NCBI GenBank assembly: GCA_963817955.1
Contig: CAWFQK010000004.1
Coordinates: 1,248,001 to 1,312,000 of the forward strand
Reading direction: 5' to 3'
Source of the DNA: an uncultured Gemmatimonadaceae bacterium
Lineage (GTDB): Bacteria; Gemmatimonadota; Gemmatimonadetes; Gemmatimonadales; Gemmatimonadaceae
DNA length: 64,000 nt
A model generated the notes under the pieces. It made no database searches and had not been told where the DNA came from. It saw only the letters and a program-made list of their open reading frames with translations. A program made the translations under genes and the position numbers. Each line of letters begins with the position of its first letter. The stretch's first letter is position 1. This document shows, piece after piece, positions 1 through 10,204 of the stretch.

Positions 1-1409
1 CGCAAGACGAGAATCCGCGTCGACAACCGCAGCAATTCCGGGAGCTCGCTCGAGATCAGGAGCACGCCGGCGCCGGCGCGCACCAACTCGAGAATGAGAC
101 GGTGGATCTCTGCCTTCGCGCCGACGTCCACCCCGCGCGTCGGCTCGTCGAGAATCAGCACGCGCGCGTGTGCGGCGAGCCACTTCGCCAACACGATCTT
201 CTGTTGGTTTCCGCCCGACAGGCCAGCCACCGCCGTATCGACGCTCGGCGTGCGCACACGCAGTCGCGCGAAGTACTCATTCGCGATGGCGCGCTCCGCT
301 GCGTCCCGCACGAACCCCGCACGCGACACGCGATCGAGGATTGGCAATGACGTGTTGTGCAGTCCGCTCTCCGACAACACGAGTCCCTGCCGTTTGCGAT
401 CCTCCGGCACGAGACCGATGCCCAGTCGGATTGCGTCCTGAGGCGTGCGAATTTCCGCCGGGAGTCCGTTCACGAACACGTCCCCCTGCGTCGCCGGCTC
501 GAGACCCATCAATGCACACGCAATCTCCGATCGCCCCGCACCAATGAGTCCCGCCAGCCCGACGATCTCGCCCGCCCGCACCGAGAAGCTGATGTCGCGG
601 AACTTTCCCGGCGCACCCAAGCCTTCCACTCGCAGCAGCTCCGTTCCAGGTGCCACTGCTGTATCCTGCGGCAGATACTCGGTAATAGGACGCCCGATCA
701 TCAGTTGCACGAGTTCCGCCTCCGGCATCTCGGCCGCGCCGCGCGTGGCGACGTGCCGTCCGTCGCGCAGCACGCTGATCGTGTCGCACAGCCGGTAGAT
801 CTCCGGCATGCGATGCGACACGTAGATACACGTCACGCCACGTCCTTTCAGGCGCTCGATCAGATCGTACAAAGCGTCGGCTTCCGCTTGGCTCAGGCTG
901 GCGGTCGGCTCATCGAACACGATGATGCGTGCGCCGCCGCTCACGGCCGTGGCGATCTGCACGAGCTGCTGCTGCGCGATCGTGAGCTCGTGCATCGAGC
1001 GGCGCACGTCGAGCGTTGCCCCGATTTCGGAGAGCATGGCGGTGGCGCGCCGCTCCATCTCGTCACGCCACACCAATCCACGCCGCGTCGGGATGTCGCC
1101 CAGCAGCAGATTCTCGGCGACGCTCAGGTTGAGGCAGAACGCGAGTTCCTGATGCACCATCCCGACACCGGCGGCAAGGGCGTCCCGGGGGTTGTCAAAC
1201 CGCACTTCGCGGCCGTGCACGAACAGGCGGCCGCCGTCTGGCGTATGAATGCCCGCGAGAATCTTGCCGAGTGTGCTCTTTCCCGCACCGTTCTCGCCAC
1301 AGAGCGCATGGCACGAGCCCTCGGCGACATCGAGCGACACGTCGCTCAGGGCCTGGACCCCGAGAAACCGTTTGCTGATGTGATCGAACCGGACCGCGGG
1401 CTCGCTCAT
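1..1409 (-). CDS. Monosaccharide ABC transporter ATP-binding protein (RbsA/XylG type), runs off the window's left edge
   Basis: Manual translation from ATG at 1409: MSEPAVRFDHISKRFLGVQALSDVS...GENGAGKSTL (Walker A), FDEPTASLS, later LSGGNQQK and LDEPTRGVDVGAK (two NBDs); not in the ORF track because it has no stop inside the window. Confidence 0.93.
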   Translation of the reverse strand, partial: MSEPAVRFDHISKRFLGVQALSDVSLDVAEGSCHALCGENGAGKSTLGKILAGIHTPDGGRLFVHGREVRFDNPRDALAAGVGMVHQELAFCLNLSVAENLLLGDIPTRRGLVWRDEMERRATAMLSEIGATLDVRRSMHELTIAQQQLVQIATAVSGGARIIVFDEPTASLSQAEADALYDLIERLKGRGVTCIYVSHRMPEIYRLCDTISVLRDGRHVATRGAAEMPEAELVQLMIGRPITEYLPQDTAVAPGTELLRVEGLGAPGKFRDISFSVRAGEIVGLAGLIGAGRSEIACALMGLEPATQGDVFVNGLPAEIRTPQDAIRLGIGLVPEDRKRQGLVLSESGLHNTSLPILDRVSRAGFVRDAAERAIANEYFARLRVRTPSVDTAVAGLSGGNQQKIVLAKWLAAHARVLILDEPTRGVDVGAKAEIHRLILELVRAGAGVLLISSELPELLRLSTRILVL

Positions 1410-1416
1410 GCACCAC

Positions 1417-2445
1417 TCACATCTTGAGGTATTTCTCGTCCACGTCCGTGAATCCCCATGCCTTGAGCTGGCGGCCCCACTCGCCGAGGTTCGCGCGCGT
1501 CACGCGCACGAGCTCCATGGGTATCACCGGCGGCACGTCCTTCTTGAGGTAGACCTTGTCGACGATCGTCTGCACGCCAACGTAGCCCCACTGGTAGACC
1601 GACTGCGCGAGCAGTACGGGCACGATCCCCCTGTCCACGTACACGAGCTCGGCCGGGAGCGCATCCACCGACGCCACCTTGACGCGGGCCGGATTGAGAT
1701 CGGTGAGCAGCGCCTGCGTGAACAACGGCCAGCCGCCGATGAACGCCCAACCCTGAATGTCGGGGTACGCGTTGTTGGCCCTCACCACTTCGGCGGCGGC
1801 GTCCTGCGGCGTTTCTGGGTGATTGAAGACGCCGACGATCTGCATGCCCGGGTATTTGGCCGCTTCTGCCTTGGCCCCTTGCACACGATGCTGCAGGTTC
1901 GGCGCGTTCTGATTGCCGGCAAGAATCGCGACTTTGCCCTTGCCGTTCATCAGCGTCGCCAGCTCGGCCATCGTTTGCTGCCCTGTCTTGACGTCGTCCA
2001 CGCCGTAGTACGCGAATCGCTTCGACTGCGGCGCATCGCTGTCGAACGTCATCACCGGCACTCCGCGATCCACGGCATCGTTGATCGCACCCACCACCTT
2101 CCCGGCGTCAGAACAAGAGATGAGCACCGCATCAGCGCCATCGTTCACGGCCTGCTGAATACGCTGAGCCTGGACCTGTCCGTCTTCCTGCGGAGGCGTG
2201 AGCCAGCGAATCTCAATCTTGATGTGATATTTCTCGCCCAGATCTTTCGCCGCCGCTTCAGCGCCGGTGCGCGCGGCGAGGAACACGGGATTCGTCGAGC
2301 TCTTCGCGATGACAGCAATGCGCAGCGTGCTGTCCTTGCGCGCCATGGCTGTAGCGGCCGGCTTGCCGGCGTCGTTCTTTCCACAGGCCATCGCACCGGC
2401 GGCAAACGCCGCCGTCGCGAGGAGCGAGGTCATTCGAAAGCGCAT
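1417..2445 (-). CDS. Sugar ABC transporter substrate-binding lipoprotein (RbsB/Peripla_BP family)
   Basis: GGAGG RBS before MRFRM; lipobox AMAC; motifs AVIAKSSTNPVF, VPVMTFDSD, YYGVDDVKTG. Confidence 0.9.
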   Translation of the reverse strand: MRFRMTSLLATAAFAAGAMACGKNDAGKPAATAMARKDSTLRIAVIAKSSTNPVFLAARTGAEAAAKDLGEKYHIKIEIRWLTPPQEDGQVQAQRIQQAVNDGADAVLISCSDAGKVVGAINDAVDRGVPVMTFDSDAPQSKRFAYYGVDDVKTGQQTMAELATLMNGKGKVAILAGNQNAPNLQHRVQGAKAEAAKYPGMQIVGVFNHPETPQDAAAEVVRANNAYPDIQGWAFIGGWPLFTQALLTDLNPARVKVASVDALPAELVYVDRGIVPVLLAQSVYQWGYVGVQTIVDKVYLKKDVPPVIPMELVRVTRANLGEWGRQLKAWGFTDVDEKYLKM

Positions 2446-2488
2446 TGGTCCTCCCTTGAGTTTCCACAGTGGTCTTCGTCCCATACCC

Positions 2489-3550
2489 TCACGTGATCGT
2501 CGATGCAGTCGCCGCGCCCCGGCTCAGCCGGCGTGCGGTGACACCGGCACTCCAGCGATCGACGACCACCGCGACGATGATCGCACAACCAATGACGATC
2601 CATTCGTAGTTCTGGTCGAAGTGCAGCGTGCGAATCGACTGGCGAATGAGCACGATCAGCAGCGCCCCCAACGTCGCGCCCAGGGCGCTTCCCTTCCCGC
2701 CGATCAGGCTCGCGCCGCCGACCACCGCCGAGGCAATGACGTATAGCTCATATCCCTGCGCGTCGGCCGACGATGCAGAGCCATAGAAGCTCGCGCCGAG
2801 GAACGCAGCAATTCCTGCCGTCAGCCCCGATACCGCGAACACGCCGAGCTGAATGCGGCCCAACGCGAGTCCGGAGAACCGGCTTGCTTCGATGTTGCCA
2901 CCAAAGGCGAAGATATGGCGGCCCATCACGGTGCGCGTCAGGTAGATCCAACCGAGCACCGTCATCGCGACCATCGTGAGCATCGGCACCGGATAGAGGC
3001 CGCCGCTCAAGCCGAGCGACGTCTTGGTCACGGCGGTGACTGCCGATGGAACCAGGATGCTCTCGGCTTTGGTCGCGACGAATGCGACGCCGCGCAACAC
3101 CCACATCGTGCCGAGCGTGATGATGAACGGGTGCACCTTGAGTCCTATGACAAGCACGCCGTTCAGAATACCGCAGAGCAGGCCGACGCCAATGCATGTC
3201 ACCAGGCCAACGGCGACCGCACCAGCCGGACTCGTCGGCCCGAGCGCGCGGAGGGTGAGCGCCATGGTCACCCCCGCCAGCGCATAGATCGACCCCACGG
3301 ACAGGTCGATTCCGCCCGAGATGATGACGAGCGTCGCGCCAATGGCCATGATGGCGAAGAAACTGGCGTCGGTCGCGGTCTGGATGAGCGTATTGGAATT
3401 CCAGAAGTTGTTCGTCAGGGTGCCGGTCAGCCGATCGGCATGGCTGCCGGCCAGCACCGTGAGCACGAGGACCACGAGGGCCACAACGATGACCAATCCG
3501 GTCTCCTGCGACCCAACGACGCGCCGGACCAATCCACGCAGTGATCTCAT
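2489..3550 (-). CDS. Sugar ABC transporter permease (RbsC family)
   Basis: IISGGIDLSVGS, PFIITLGT, GGNIEASRFSG, YELYVIASAVVGGASL; ATGA overlap with the xylB stop. Confidence 0.92.
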   Translation of the reverse strand: MRSLRGLVRRVVGSQETGLVIVVALVVLVLTVLAGSHADRLTGTLTNNFWNSNTLIQTATDASFFAIMAIGATLVIISGGIDLSVGSIYALAGVTMALTLRALGPTSPAGAVAVGLVTCIGVGLLCGILNGVLVIGLKVHPFIITLGTMWVLRGVAFVATKAESILVPSAVTAVTKTSLGLSGGLYPVPMLTMVAMTVLGWIYLTRTVMGRHIFAFGGNIEASRFSGLALGRIQLGVFAVSGLTAGIAAFLGASFYGSASSADAQGYELYVIASAVVGGASLIGGKGSALGATLGALLIVLIRQSIRTLHFDQNYEWIVIGCAIIVAVVVDRWSAGVTARRLSRGAATASTIT

Positions 3551-5025
3551 GCTCGATAGCTCGCCCGAAAGCGGGCATACGGGGCGTCGTAGGCACGATG
3601 CGCATCCGGACTCGGCGATCCCCCCGACCGGCGGCACAACGTGGCGCGTGCCGCCGCGCCGAGGTCCGGGAACGCGCCAGTGCCGACGGCGGCGAGCAAC
3701 GCTGCCCCGTACGCTGGACCTTCCTCTCGATCGACGGTGACCACCGGCAGCCCGAACACCTCGGCCTGCAACTGCCGTAAGAAGGGGCTCCGCGCGCCAC
3801 CGCCGGTGAGCAGCAGGTGGTCGGGTGAAACGCCCAGGGACTGCAAGATCGACAGCGCGTCGCGGAGCGCGAAACAGATTCCCTCGAGCACCGCGCGACT
3901 GAGATGGGCGCGCGTATGCGCGAGACTCAGTCCGAGAAAGGCCCCGCGGGCCGCGGCATTGCGGTGCGGCGTCCGCTCACCCTGGAGATACGGCAGAAAT
4001 GTCACGCCATCGGCGCCACGCGGAACCGTCGCCGCTTCGTCGTCGAGCAGCGCACCCGCGTGGGGTTGGGCGGCGACGTCGCGGGCGAGTTGATCCCGAT
4101 ACCAGGCAAACGCGCCGCCGGCACTGAGCACGACACCCATGAGATACCAGACGTTCGGCACCACGTGACAGAACGTGTGCGCGCGCAAATTCGGATCGAC
4201 CCGTGGCTCCGCGAGCGGTGCGAGCAGCGTACCCGATGTCCCCCAGCTCGCGACGGCTTCACCCGGCGCGACCACGCCAACGCCCGCAGCGCCGCATGCA
4301 TTGTCCGCGCCGCCACCGACCACCGGAGTGCCTTGGGCAAGTCCGGACGCCTGCGCGCCGGCCGCGTGAACGTGCCCGAGCACCTCTGATGAACCACCGA
4401 CTGACGGCAGCAGAGCCATGTTCAGCCGGACCGCGTCGAGAACTTCGGTGCTCCAGCGGAGACGCGCCGTGTCGTACATCAGCGTGGCCGAGGCGTCGGA
4501 TGGCTCGGTCGCCAGCTCGCCGGTCAGGCGGTAGCGAATGTAATCCTTGGCCAGGACAACGGTGGCCAGCCGCGCAAACGCGGCCGGCTCGTGTCTGCGC
4601 AGCCAGAGCACCTTTGGCAGCGTGAAGCCCTCGAGTGCTGCATTCGAGGTGAGATCGCGCAAACGCGCCTCACCGCCCACCGCCGTCTCGATTTCGCGGC
4701 ACTCCGCCGTCGTGCGTCCGTCGCACCAGAGCAGCGCCGGACGAATGACGGCGCCGCGCCGATCGAGAAACACCGAGGAGTGCATCTGTCCGGCTATGCC
4801 CACGCCGGCGATGTGTCCCGACGGCTGCTGCTCGCGTACCGCACGAATGGATGCGACGCTCGCCTCCCACCAGGCATCGGGATGCTGTTCTGCCCATCCC
4901 GGGCAGGGCGTCGAGAGCGAAAGGGCCGTCGTGGCAGCGGCCACGACGTCTCCCGACGCCCGGACGAGCACCGCCTTCACGCCGCTCGTTCCCACATCCA
5001 GTCCGAGAAACAGCGCGTCGGTCAC
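3547..5025 (-). CDS. xylB: Xylulokinase (FGGY family)
   Basis: LGLDVGTSGVKA, GQMHSSVFLD, LLWCDGRT, GGGADNA, FLPYLQGERTPH. Confidence 0.9.
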   Translation of the reverse strand: MTDALFLGLDVGTSGVKAVLVRASGDVVAAATTALSLSTPCPGWAEQHPDAWWEASVASIRAVREQQPSGHIAGVGIAGQMHSSVFLDRRGAVIRPALLWCDGRTTAECREIETAVGGEARLRDLTSNAALEGFTLPKVLWLRRHEPAAFARLATVVLAKDYIRYRLTGELATEPSDASATLMYDTARLRWSTEVLDAVRLNMALLPSVGGSSEVLGHVHAAGAQASGLAQGTPVVGGGADNACGAAGVGVVAPGEAVASWGTSGTLLAPLAEPRVDPNLRAHTFCHVVPNVWYLMGVVLSAGGAFAWYRDQLARDVAAQPHAGALLDDEAATVPRGADGVTFLPYLQGERTPHRNAAARGAFLGLSLAHTRAHLSRAVLEGICFALRDALSILQSLGVSPDHLLLTGGGARSPFLRQLQAEVFGLPVVTVDREEGPAYGAALLAAVGTGAFPDLGAAARATLCRRSGGSPSPDAHRAYDAPYARFRASYRA

Positions 5026-5204
5026 CTGGTACTGCAGTCGAATGTGTTCATTGGCCAGTCGAACGTGGCGTCCCGCGCCTGGTGAGGATCCGCCGGCGTG
5101 GCCGGATTCGTCTCGTCATCCTACAGCCCGACGCGGCACGCCGCCAGCTTTGTCCCGTTTCGCGCCGGCGCTGCGCGCCGGACCAACTCAGTTAGACTTC
5201 GCGC

Positions 5205-6635
5205 ATGCCTCGTCAGGCCATTGCGCAGCGCCAGCTGCTGGAAGGTCCCATTCTCCGTTCGCTGCTCACGCTCGCGGTGCCAATCGCGCTGGCGAACGTG
5301 CTGCAGGCGGCGTATCAAGTCATCGATGCATTCTGGGTTGGGCGGCTCGGCGGCAGCGCCGTTGCCGCCGTATCGGTGTCGGCGCCGCTCCTGTTTCTGA
5401 CGATCGGGCTCGGCGCGGGCCTGGCCATTGCCGGCTCGACGCTCATCGCCCAGTACTTCGGCGCGAGAAACCAGCACATGGTGGACCATGTCGCCGCGCA
5501 GACGCTGCTCATGGTCGTCTTGATCTCGGTGCTCCTGGGCGCCATCGGGTACGCCGCAACGCCATCGATTCTGCACCTGATGGGCGTCGCGCCGGACGTG
5601 TATGCCGGGGCCGTCGGCTTCATGCGCGTGTCGTTCGTCGGCATCGTGTTCAACTTCTTCTTCTTCATGTTCCAATCGCTGATGCGCGGCGTCGGCGAAG
5701 CAAAGCTGCCGGTGTTCATCGTCCTCGGCACGGTCCTCCTCAATTTCATCCTCGACCCACTGTTCATTTTTGGGGCAGGACCCATCCCCGCACTCGGGGT
5801 GATGGGGGCCGCGCTGGCGACGATGGGAACGCAGAGTCTCGCGGCGATCATCGGACTCGTCGTCCTGCTCCGCGGCCGATACAGCATTCATCTCGTGTGG
5901 CGCGACTTCGTTCCCGACCCGACGTACATCAAGCGCGCGTTCCTGCTCGGATTTCCGGCGTCGATCGAACAATCCGCTCGCGCGCTCGGCATCACGGTGC
6001 TGACCTTTCTCATCACCAGCTTCGGCACGCTCACCGTGGCGGCGTACGGCGTCGGATCGACGCTGTTGCAGGTCGTCATGATCCCGGCCATGGGCGTGTC
6101 GATGGCCGTGTCGGCGCTCGTGGGGCAGAACATCGGGGCAGGCAATGTCGAGCGCGCCAGTCAGATCGGACGCCTCGGGTCCTGGATGGGATTCTGGCTG
6201 CTCAGCGCGCTCGGCGTGATCGCGTTCGCCTTCGCCCCGCAACTCGTGGCGTTCTTCGTTCCCACTGACGCCGGGGTCATTGCCGAGGGGTCCATCTACC
6301 TGCGCACGATGGCGCTCTCGTGGGGATTCCTGGGCGCCCAGTTCTCCATGACCGGCGTGCTCCGCGCATCGGGCAACATGGTCGAGACGATGATGCTCTC
6401 GCTCGTGTCCCAGTGGGTGCTGCAGTTTCCGCTCGCTTACGTGCTCTCCAGACATACCACGCTACACGCACACGGCATCTGGTGGGCGTTCCCGATCTCG
6501 AATATTCTCATGGCCGGCATCACCGTTGCCGTCTATGCCAGGGGCGATTGGAAACGCACACGGCTGACGGGTCCGGAGGAGATACTCGAGGAGCGCGTGT
6601 CGAGCGAAATATTGGCCGAAGAGGGAATCCGGTAG
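5205..6635 (+). CDS. MATE family efflux transporter
   Basis: 12-TM pattern; DAFWVGRLG, LNFILDPLFIFG, LGVMGAALAT, VGQNIGAG. Confidence 0.92.
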   Translation: MPRQAIAQRQLLEGPILRSLLTLAVPIALANVLQAAYQVIDAFWVGRLGGSAVAAVSVSAPLLFLTIGLGAGLAIAGSTLIAQYFGARNQHMVDHVAAQTLLMVVLISVLLGAIGYAATPSILHLMGVAPDVYAGAVGFMRVSFVGIVFNFFFFMFQSLMRGVGEAKLPVFIVLGTVLLNFILDPLFIFGAGPIPALGVMGAALATMGTQSLAAIIGLVVLLRGRYSIHLVWRDFVPDPTYIKRAFLLGFPASIEQSARALGITVLTFLITSFGTLTVAAYGVGSTLLQVVMIPAMGVSMAVSALVGQNIGAGNVERASQIGRLGSWMGFWLLSALGVIAFAFAPQLVAFFVPTDAGVIAEGSIYLRTMALSWGFLGAQFSMTGVLRASGNMVETMMLSLVSQWVLQFPLAYVLSRHTTLHAHGIWWAFPISNILMAGITVAVYARGDWKRTRLTGPEEILEERVSSEILAEEGIR

Positions 6636-6651
6636 AGCGCGGCCCGAACGA

Positions 6652-6816
6652 CTACGACCCGCGCCGCCCCGATTTCGACGACGTCGAATGCGGCTTCACG
6701 ATCGGCGTGCGCGGCGTCGTAGGCGCAGACGTCGCGGGCTTCTGGCCGGCCGGTGTGGCCGCCGCCGGACGCTTGCGCGAGAAATCAGGAATGGAACGGT
6801 TGCCATTCTTCTTCAT
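6652..6816 (-). CDS. Small basic hypothetical protein (54 aa, MKKNGNRSIPDFSRK...KSGRRGS)
   Basis: Read manually; GGAGG RBS 4 nt before the ATG; below the ORF-track cutoff. Confidence 0.6.
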   Translation of the reverse strand: MKKNGNRSIPDFSRKRPAAATPAGQKPATSAPTTPRTPIVKPHSTSSKSGRRGS

Positions 6817-6898
6817 ATAGCCTCCCGGCTGATGACGCCGGCTTCCGCAGCCGACGCCTCATGAATAATAGCAGGCCTGGATGGTGCCCCGTACATTC

Positions 6899-7171
6899 TC
6901 AGTCCAACTCTTCCTCTGGCCGGGGCGTCTCGGGCTCGGTCTCGATCGTCGGACGCCGACCTGCATACCCGGGTACGGTTCCCCAGTCGCGCGGCGGCTC
7001 CGTCGGATGGATCGGGCCGCTCGCATCCCACGCGCCTTCGCGCTCGCGCCGGCGTGCGAACCGATTTGCCGCGATGACCATCGCCGCCCCGAGCAGCACG
7101 AGGGCGACCAACACCAGGCCGAAACGAAGAAGCATCTGGCGAATATACTGCGTAAATGAGACACGGGACAC
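6899..7171 (-). CDS. Small single-TM hypothetical protein
   Basis: Hydrophobic segment then acidic tail; start uncertain (lies within a heptamer repeat). Confidence 0.5.
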   Translation of the reverse strand: MSRVSFTQYIRQMLLRFGLVLVALVLLGAAMVIAANRFARRREREGAWDASGPIHPTEPPRDWGTVPGYAGRRPTIETEPETPRPEEELD

Positions 7172-7178
7172 GGGACAC
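7158..7178 (+). repeat. Heptamer tandem repeat G(G/A)GACAC x3
   Basis: gagacac gggacac gggacac. Confidence 0.85.
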
Positions 7179-7198
7179 GTATCCCCTTAGCTTCCTGC

Positions 7199-8257
7199 AT
7201 GACGTTTCTCGTCTACGGTGCCAACGGGTACACGGGCCGCCTCATTGCCGAGCGCGCGGCTGTGACTGGCGAACGCCCGATACTTGCCGGCCGTAGTGCC
7301 ACAGCAATCGCCCAGCTCGCCGAGCAGTACGGCTTCGAGCATCGCGTGTTCTCACTGGATTCGCCGGCGCAGATTGCGCGCTCGCTTCAGGGTGTGAGCG
7401 CCGTGTTGCTCGCGGCAGGACCATTTTCTGCGACCAGCGGGCCGATGCTCGAGGCGTGCATCATGGCACACATCCATTACCTCGACATCACGGGAGAGAT
7501 TCCGGTGTTCGAGCGCTGCTTTGCCGAGAGCGCACGCGCCGCGGCCGCGGGCGTGGTTGTGATGCCGGGCGTGGGATTCGACGTCGTACCCTCCGATTGT
7601 CTCGCCGCGACCCTGGCCCAGGCCCTCCCGGGCGCCACGACGCTGGAGCTCGCCTTCGCGAGCGTCGGCCCACAGGGCCCTCAGGTGAGCCGCGGTACGG
7701 CGAAAACAATGCTGTCGGGGGCTGGCCAAGGCGGCGCCATCCGCAAATCCGGTCGCATTCGGCGTGTACCACTCGGCTGGCGCATGCGCCGCGTGCCATT
7801 CCGCGACCGCGAGCGAAACGCTGTTTCCATTCCCTGGGGCGACGTTGCCACGGCGTATCACTCGACGGGCATTCCGAACATCGTCGTGTACACGGCAATG
7901 TCGCGCCACCAGATCCGCGCCTTGAGAATTGTCCGTCTTCTCGCGCCGCTCGCTCGCCTTGGTGCCGTACGACGGCTCGTCATGCGACGCATCGAGCGCG
8001 GAGCTCCCGGTCCGAACGCCGAGGCCCGGCGCACCGGATCAGCCCAGCTCTGGGGACGTGCCTGTGATGCCGCCGGAGAATGCGTCGAGGCCACGCTGGT
8101 GACGCCCGAAAGTTATCGGCTGACCGCGGAGACAGCGGTCGAATCGGCACGACGCATCGTTGCCGGTGGCGTGGAACCTGGATTCCGCACGCCGTCACTG
8201 GCGTTTGGTGCGAGTTACATCACAGAGTTTGACGGGTGCGATTTGCGCGTGGGTTGA
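7199..8257 (+). CDS. Saccharopine dehydrogenase-like NAD(P)-binding oxidoreductase
   Basis: VYGANGYTG, AGPFSATSGPM, HYLDITGE, GVGFDVVPSDC, IPWGDV. Confidence 0.88.
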   Translation: MTFLVYGANGYTGRLIAERAAVTGERPILAGRSATAIAQLAEQYGFEHRVFSLDSPAQIARSLQGVSAVLLAAGPFSATSGPMLEACIMAHIHYLDITGEIPVFERCFAESARAAAAGVVVMPGVGFDVVPSDCLAATLAQALPGATTLELAFASVGPQGPQVSRGTAKTMLSGAGQGGAIRKSGRIRRVPLGWRMRRVPFRDRERNAVSIPWGDVATAYHSTGIPNIVVYTAMSRHQIRALRIVRLLAPLARLGAVRRLVMRRIERGAPGPNAEARRTGSAQLWGRACDAAGECVEATLVTPESYRLTAETAVESARRIVAGGVEPGFRTPSLAFGASYITEFDGCDLRVG

Positions 8258-8315
8258 CGTGGAGGGTGGGCGACCGCCGGCCGCGCAGACGCCGAATCGC
8301 AATCCAAGCGCGTCT

Positions 8316-9710
8316 TCAGGACTGCGATTCTGCACTACTCCATGATTCCTCGAACATTCGGCTGCAATTCCGACCCGCGCTTTTCGCCGCATAGAGCGCC
8401 AGATCCGCGCGGTGGATGAGACGCTCCAGCGAATCTTCCGCCGGCGCAATTTCGGCGACCCCCGCGCTGACGGTCAGCCGCACCTTCTGGCCGTCCGCTT
8501 CGTGCCGGCACCCCGCCACCTTCTGCCGAATGTCTTCAGCCGCGGCGAATGCGTCCTGGACGCCGGTGTTCGGAAGCAGCAGGATGAACTCCTCGCCACC
8601 GTACCTCGCGAGCACGTCAGCCTGGCGTGATCGTTCACGCGCGATCTGCGCCACGCGCGTCAGCAAGGTGTCTCCCGCCTGGTGGCCGAAGACATCATTG
8701 ATCAATTTGAAATTGTCGATGTCGAACATCACCACCGCGAGGGGCGTACTGTATCGCTGCGCCACGGTGAACAGGTGCGTCCCCAGGTCGAAGAACTGAC
8801 GGCGATTGCACAGGCCCGTGAGCTCATCCGTGCGGGCCATGCGCTGCTCGCGATCCAATATTTCCTCGAGCTCGCGGTTGACCGCGTCGACCTCGGCGTT
8901 CGCCTCGATCAGCTCCTGCTCCATGGCCGTGCGGGCCGTGATGTCCTGATTGACCAGGACCGCGCCCGTGATCTTTCCGTCGGGGTCGCGGAGCGGTATG
9001 GCCGAGTTGAGTATGATCTTGCTGGTTCCGTCGAAACACTCGATTCTGATTTCCTCATCGATCGAGGTCTGACCCTTCTGAATGGCGCGGGCCGCAGCCC
9101 ATTCTTCCGCCGCGATCCGGCGGCCGCTGTGCAACCACCAGCCTCTGTACTCGCCGAACTGCTTCGGCCCCACGTAGCGCGCCCCCGCCCAGATCTTCTG
9201 TCCGGCGAAATTGCCGTGAACGATCTGTCCCTCCTGATTCAAAATCCAGACGCCGACCGGCAAGGCCTCGAGAACGCCGCGTAGCGTCTTTTCAGTGTCC
9301 TGCAGCGCGGCCTGCGCCTGCTTCTGCGCGGTGATGTCTTCATGCACCACCACGACGTACGGCGCCCCTTTGTCGACGAAGCGCGTCGCGTCGAGCTTGA
9401 ACCAGCTTTGCGCGGTAGGAGAGTGGCAGGGGTATTCGACGGAGAATCCGGTTCGTTCGCCGGACAACAGATCGCGAATTCCGTGCAGCACCGTCTGGGC
9501 AACGACATCGTGTTCGTCGGTGGCCGCGCGTTCGCACACCGCCAGGTAGCTCGCGCCGAGATACGCAGTCTTGTCGTTTGCGCCGTTCTCGCTGGCGAAA
9601 CGCTTCCATGCGTCATTGACGGCAACAATGCACCCGCTCGCGTCCAGCACGGCGACGCTCGTCGTGAGGGAGTTCAGCACACCGTTGGCGAAACTCTGCG
9701 TCACGCGCAA
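8316..9710 (-). CDS. PAS-PAS-GGDEF diguanylate cyclase
   Basis: Two PAS domains; TDELTGLCNRR, DIDNFKLINDVFGH, RQAD I-site and YGGEEF active site. Confidence 0.93.
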   Translation of the reverse strand: MRVTQSFANGVLNSLTTSVAVLDASGCIVAVNDAWKRFASENGANDKTAYLGASYLAVCERAATDEHDVVAQTVLHGIRDLLSGERTGFSVEYPCHSPTAQSWFKLDATRFVDKGAPYVVVVHEDITAQKQAQAALQDTEKTLRGVLEALPVGVWILNQEGQIVHGNFAGQKIWAGARYVGPKQFGEYRGWWLHSGRRIAAEEWAAARAIQKGQTSIDEEIRIECFDGTSKIILNSAIPLRDPDGKITGAVLVNQDITARTAMEQELIEANAEVDAVNRELEEILDREQRMARTDELTGLCNRRQFFDLGTHLFTVAQRYSTPLAVVMFDIDNFKLINDVFGHQAGDTLLTRVAQIARERSRQADVLARYGGEEFILLLPNTGVQDAFAAAEDIRQKVAGCRHEADGQKVRLTVSAGVAEIAPAEDSLERLIHRADLALYAAKSAGRNCSRMFEESWSSAESQS

Positions 9711-9853
9711 AACGCCCTCCGGCTAGGTCAGCGGTCATGAGCACTTCTAGATGCACCGGACACGGCCGTTGAGCAAGACGGGAATCGAGAACTCGCGCGG
9801 GCTTCCTTACCGGTGTGAAACTGGGAATACACCCGACAGGCAGAGCGGCCAGA

Positions 9854-10204
9854 TCACCGGCCAGAGCGAATGTACCGCGAGACAACTTCACGCGCGGCCG
9901 GCAGGTACGCCGACACGGGTGACGACGACCCATCCAGCGCTGGGGAGTGCTGGTACAGCAGGTCGGCGACATCGCGGAAGAGGACATCGATCTTCTGGTG
10001 GCGCGCGACACATGCCCTGAGGACCATCGGAAGCATCACGACCGCCTGCTCGAAACCCTCATCGCCAACGGCGCGGAACCCGATGTCGCCAAGCGCTTGC
10101 CGAGCCGCCCGGTCGGCGGCGTGACTATCCCCTTGCGTCGCAAGCGCTTTGTCCGCCTCAACTCGCGCGCGCAACAGTTCATATGTGAGTGCGGTCATCG
10201 TCAA
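9854..10204 (-). CDS. Hypothetical protein
   Basis: 116-aa ORF coupled to the upstream oxidoreductase; no recognisable motif. Confidence 0.5.
   Translation of the reverse strand: MTMTALTYELLRARVEADKALATQGDSHAADRAARQALGDIGFRAVGDEGFEQAVVMLPMVLRACVARHQKIDVLFRDVADLLYQHSPALDGSSSPVSAYLPAAREVVSRYIRSGR

Noticed and set aside
357..6455. Long ORFs antisense or out of frame to real genes (e.g. 357-1427, 1408-2496, 4547-6268, 5121-6455)
   Set aside because: Shadow ORFs typical of high-GC DNA, overlapping well-supported genes; the same applies across the window.
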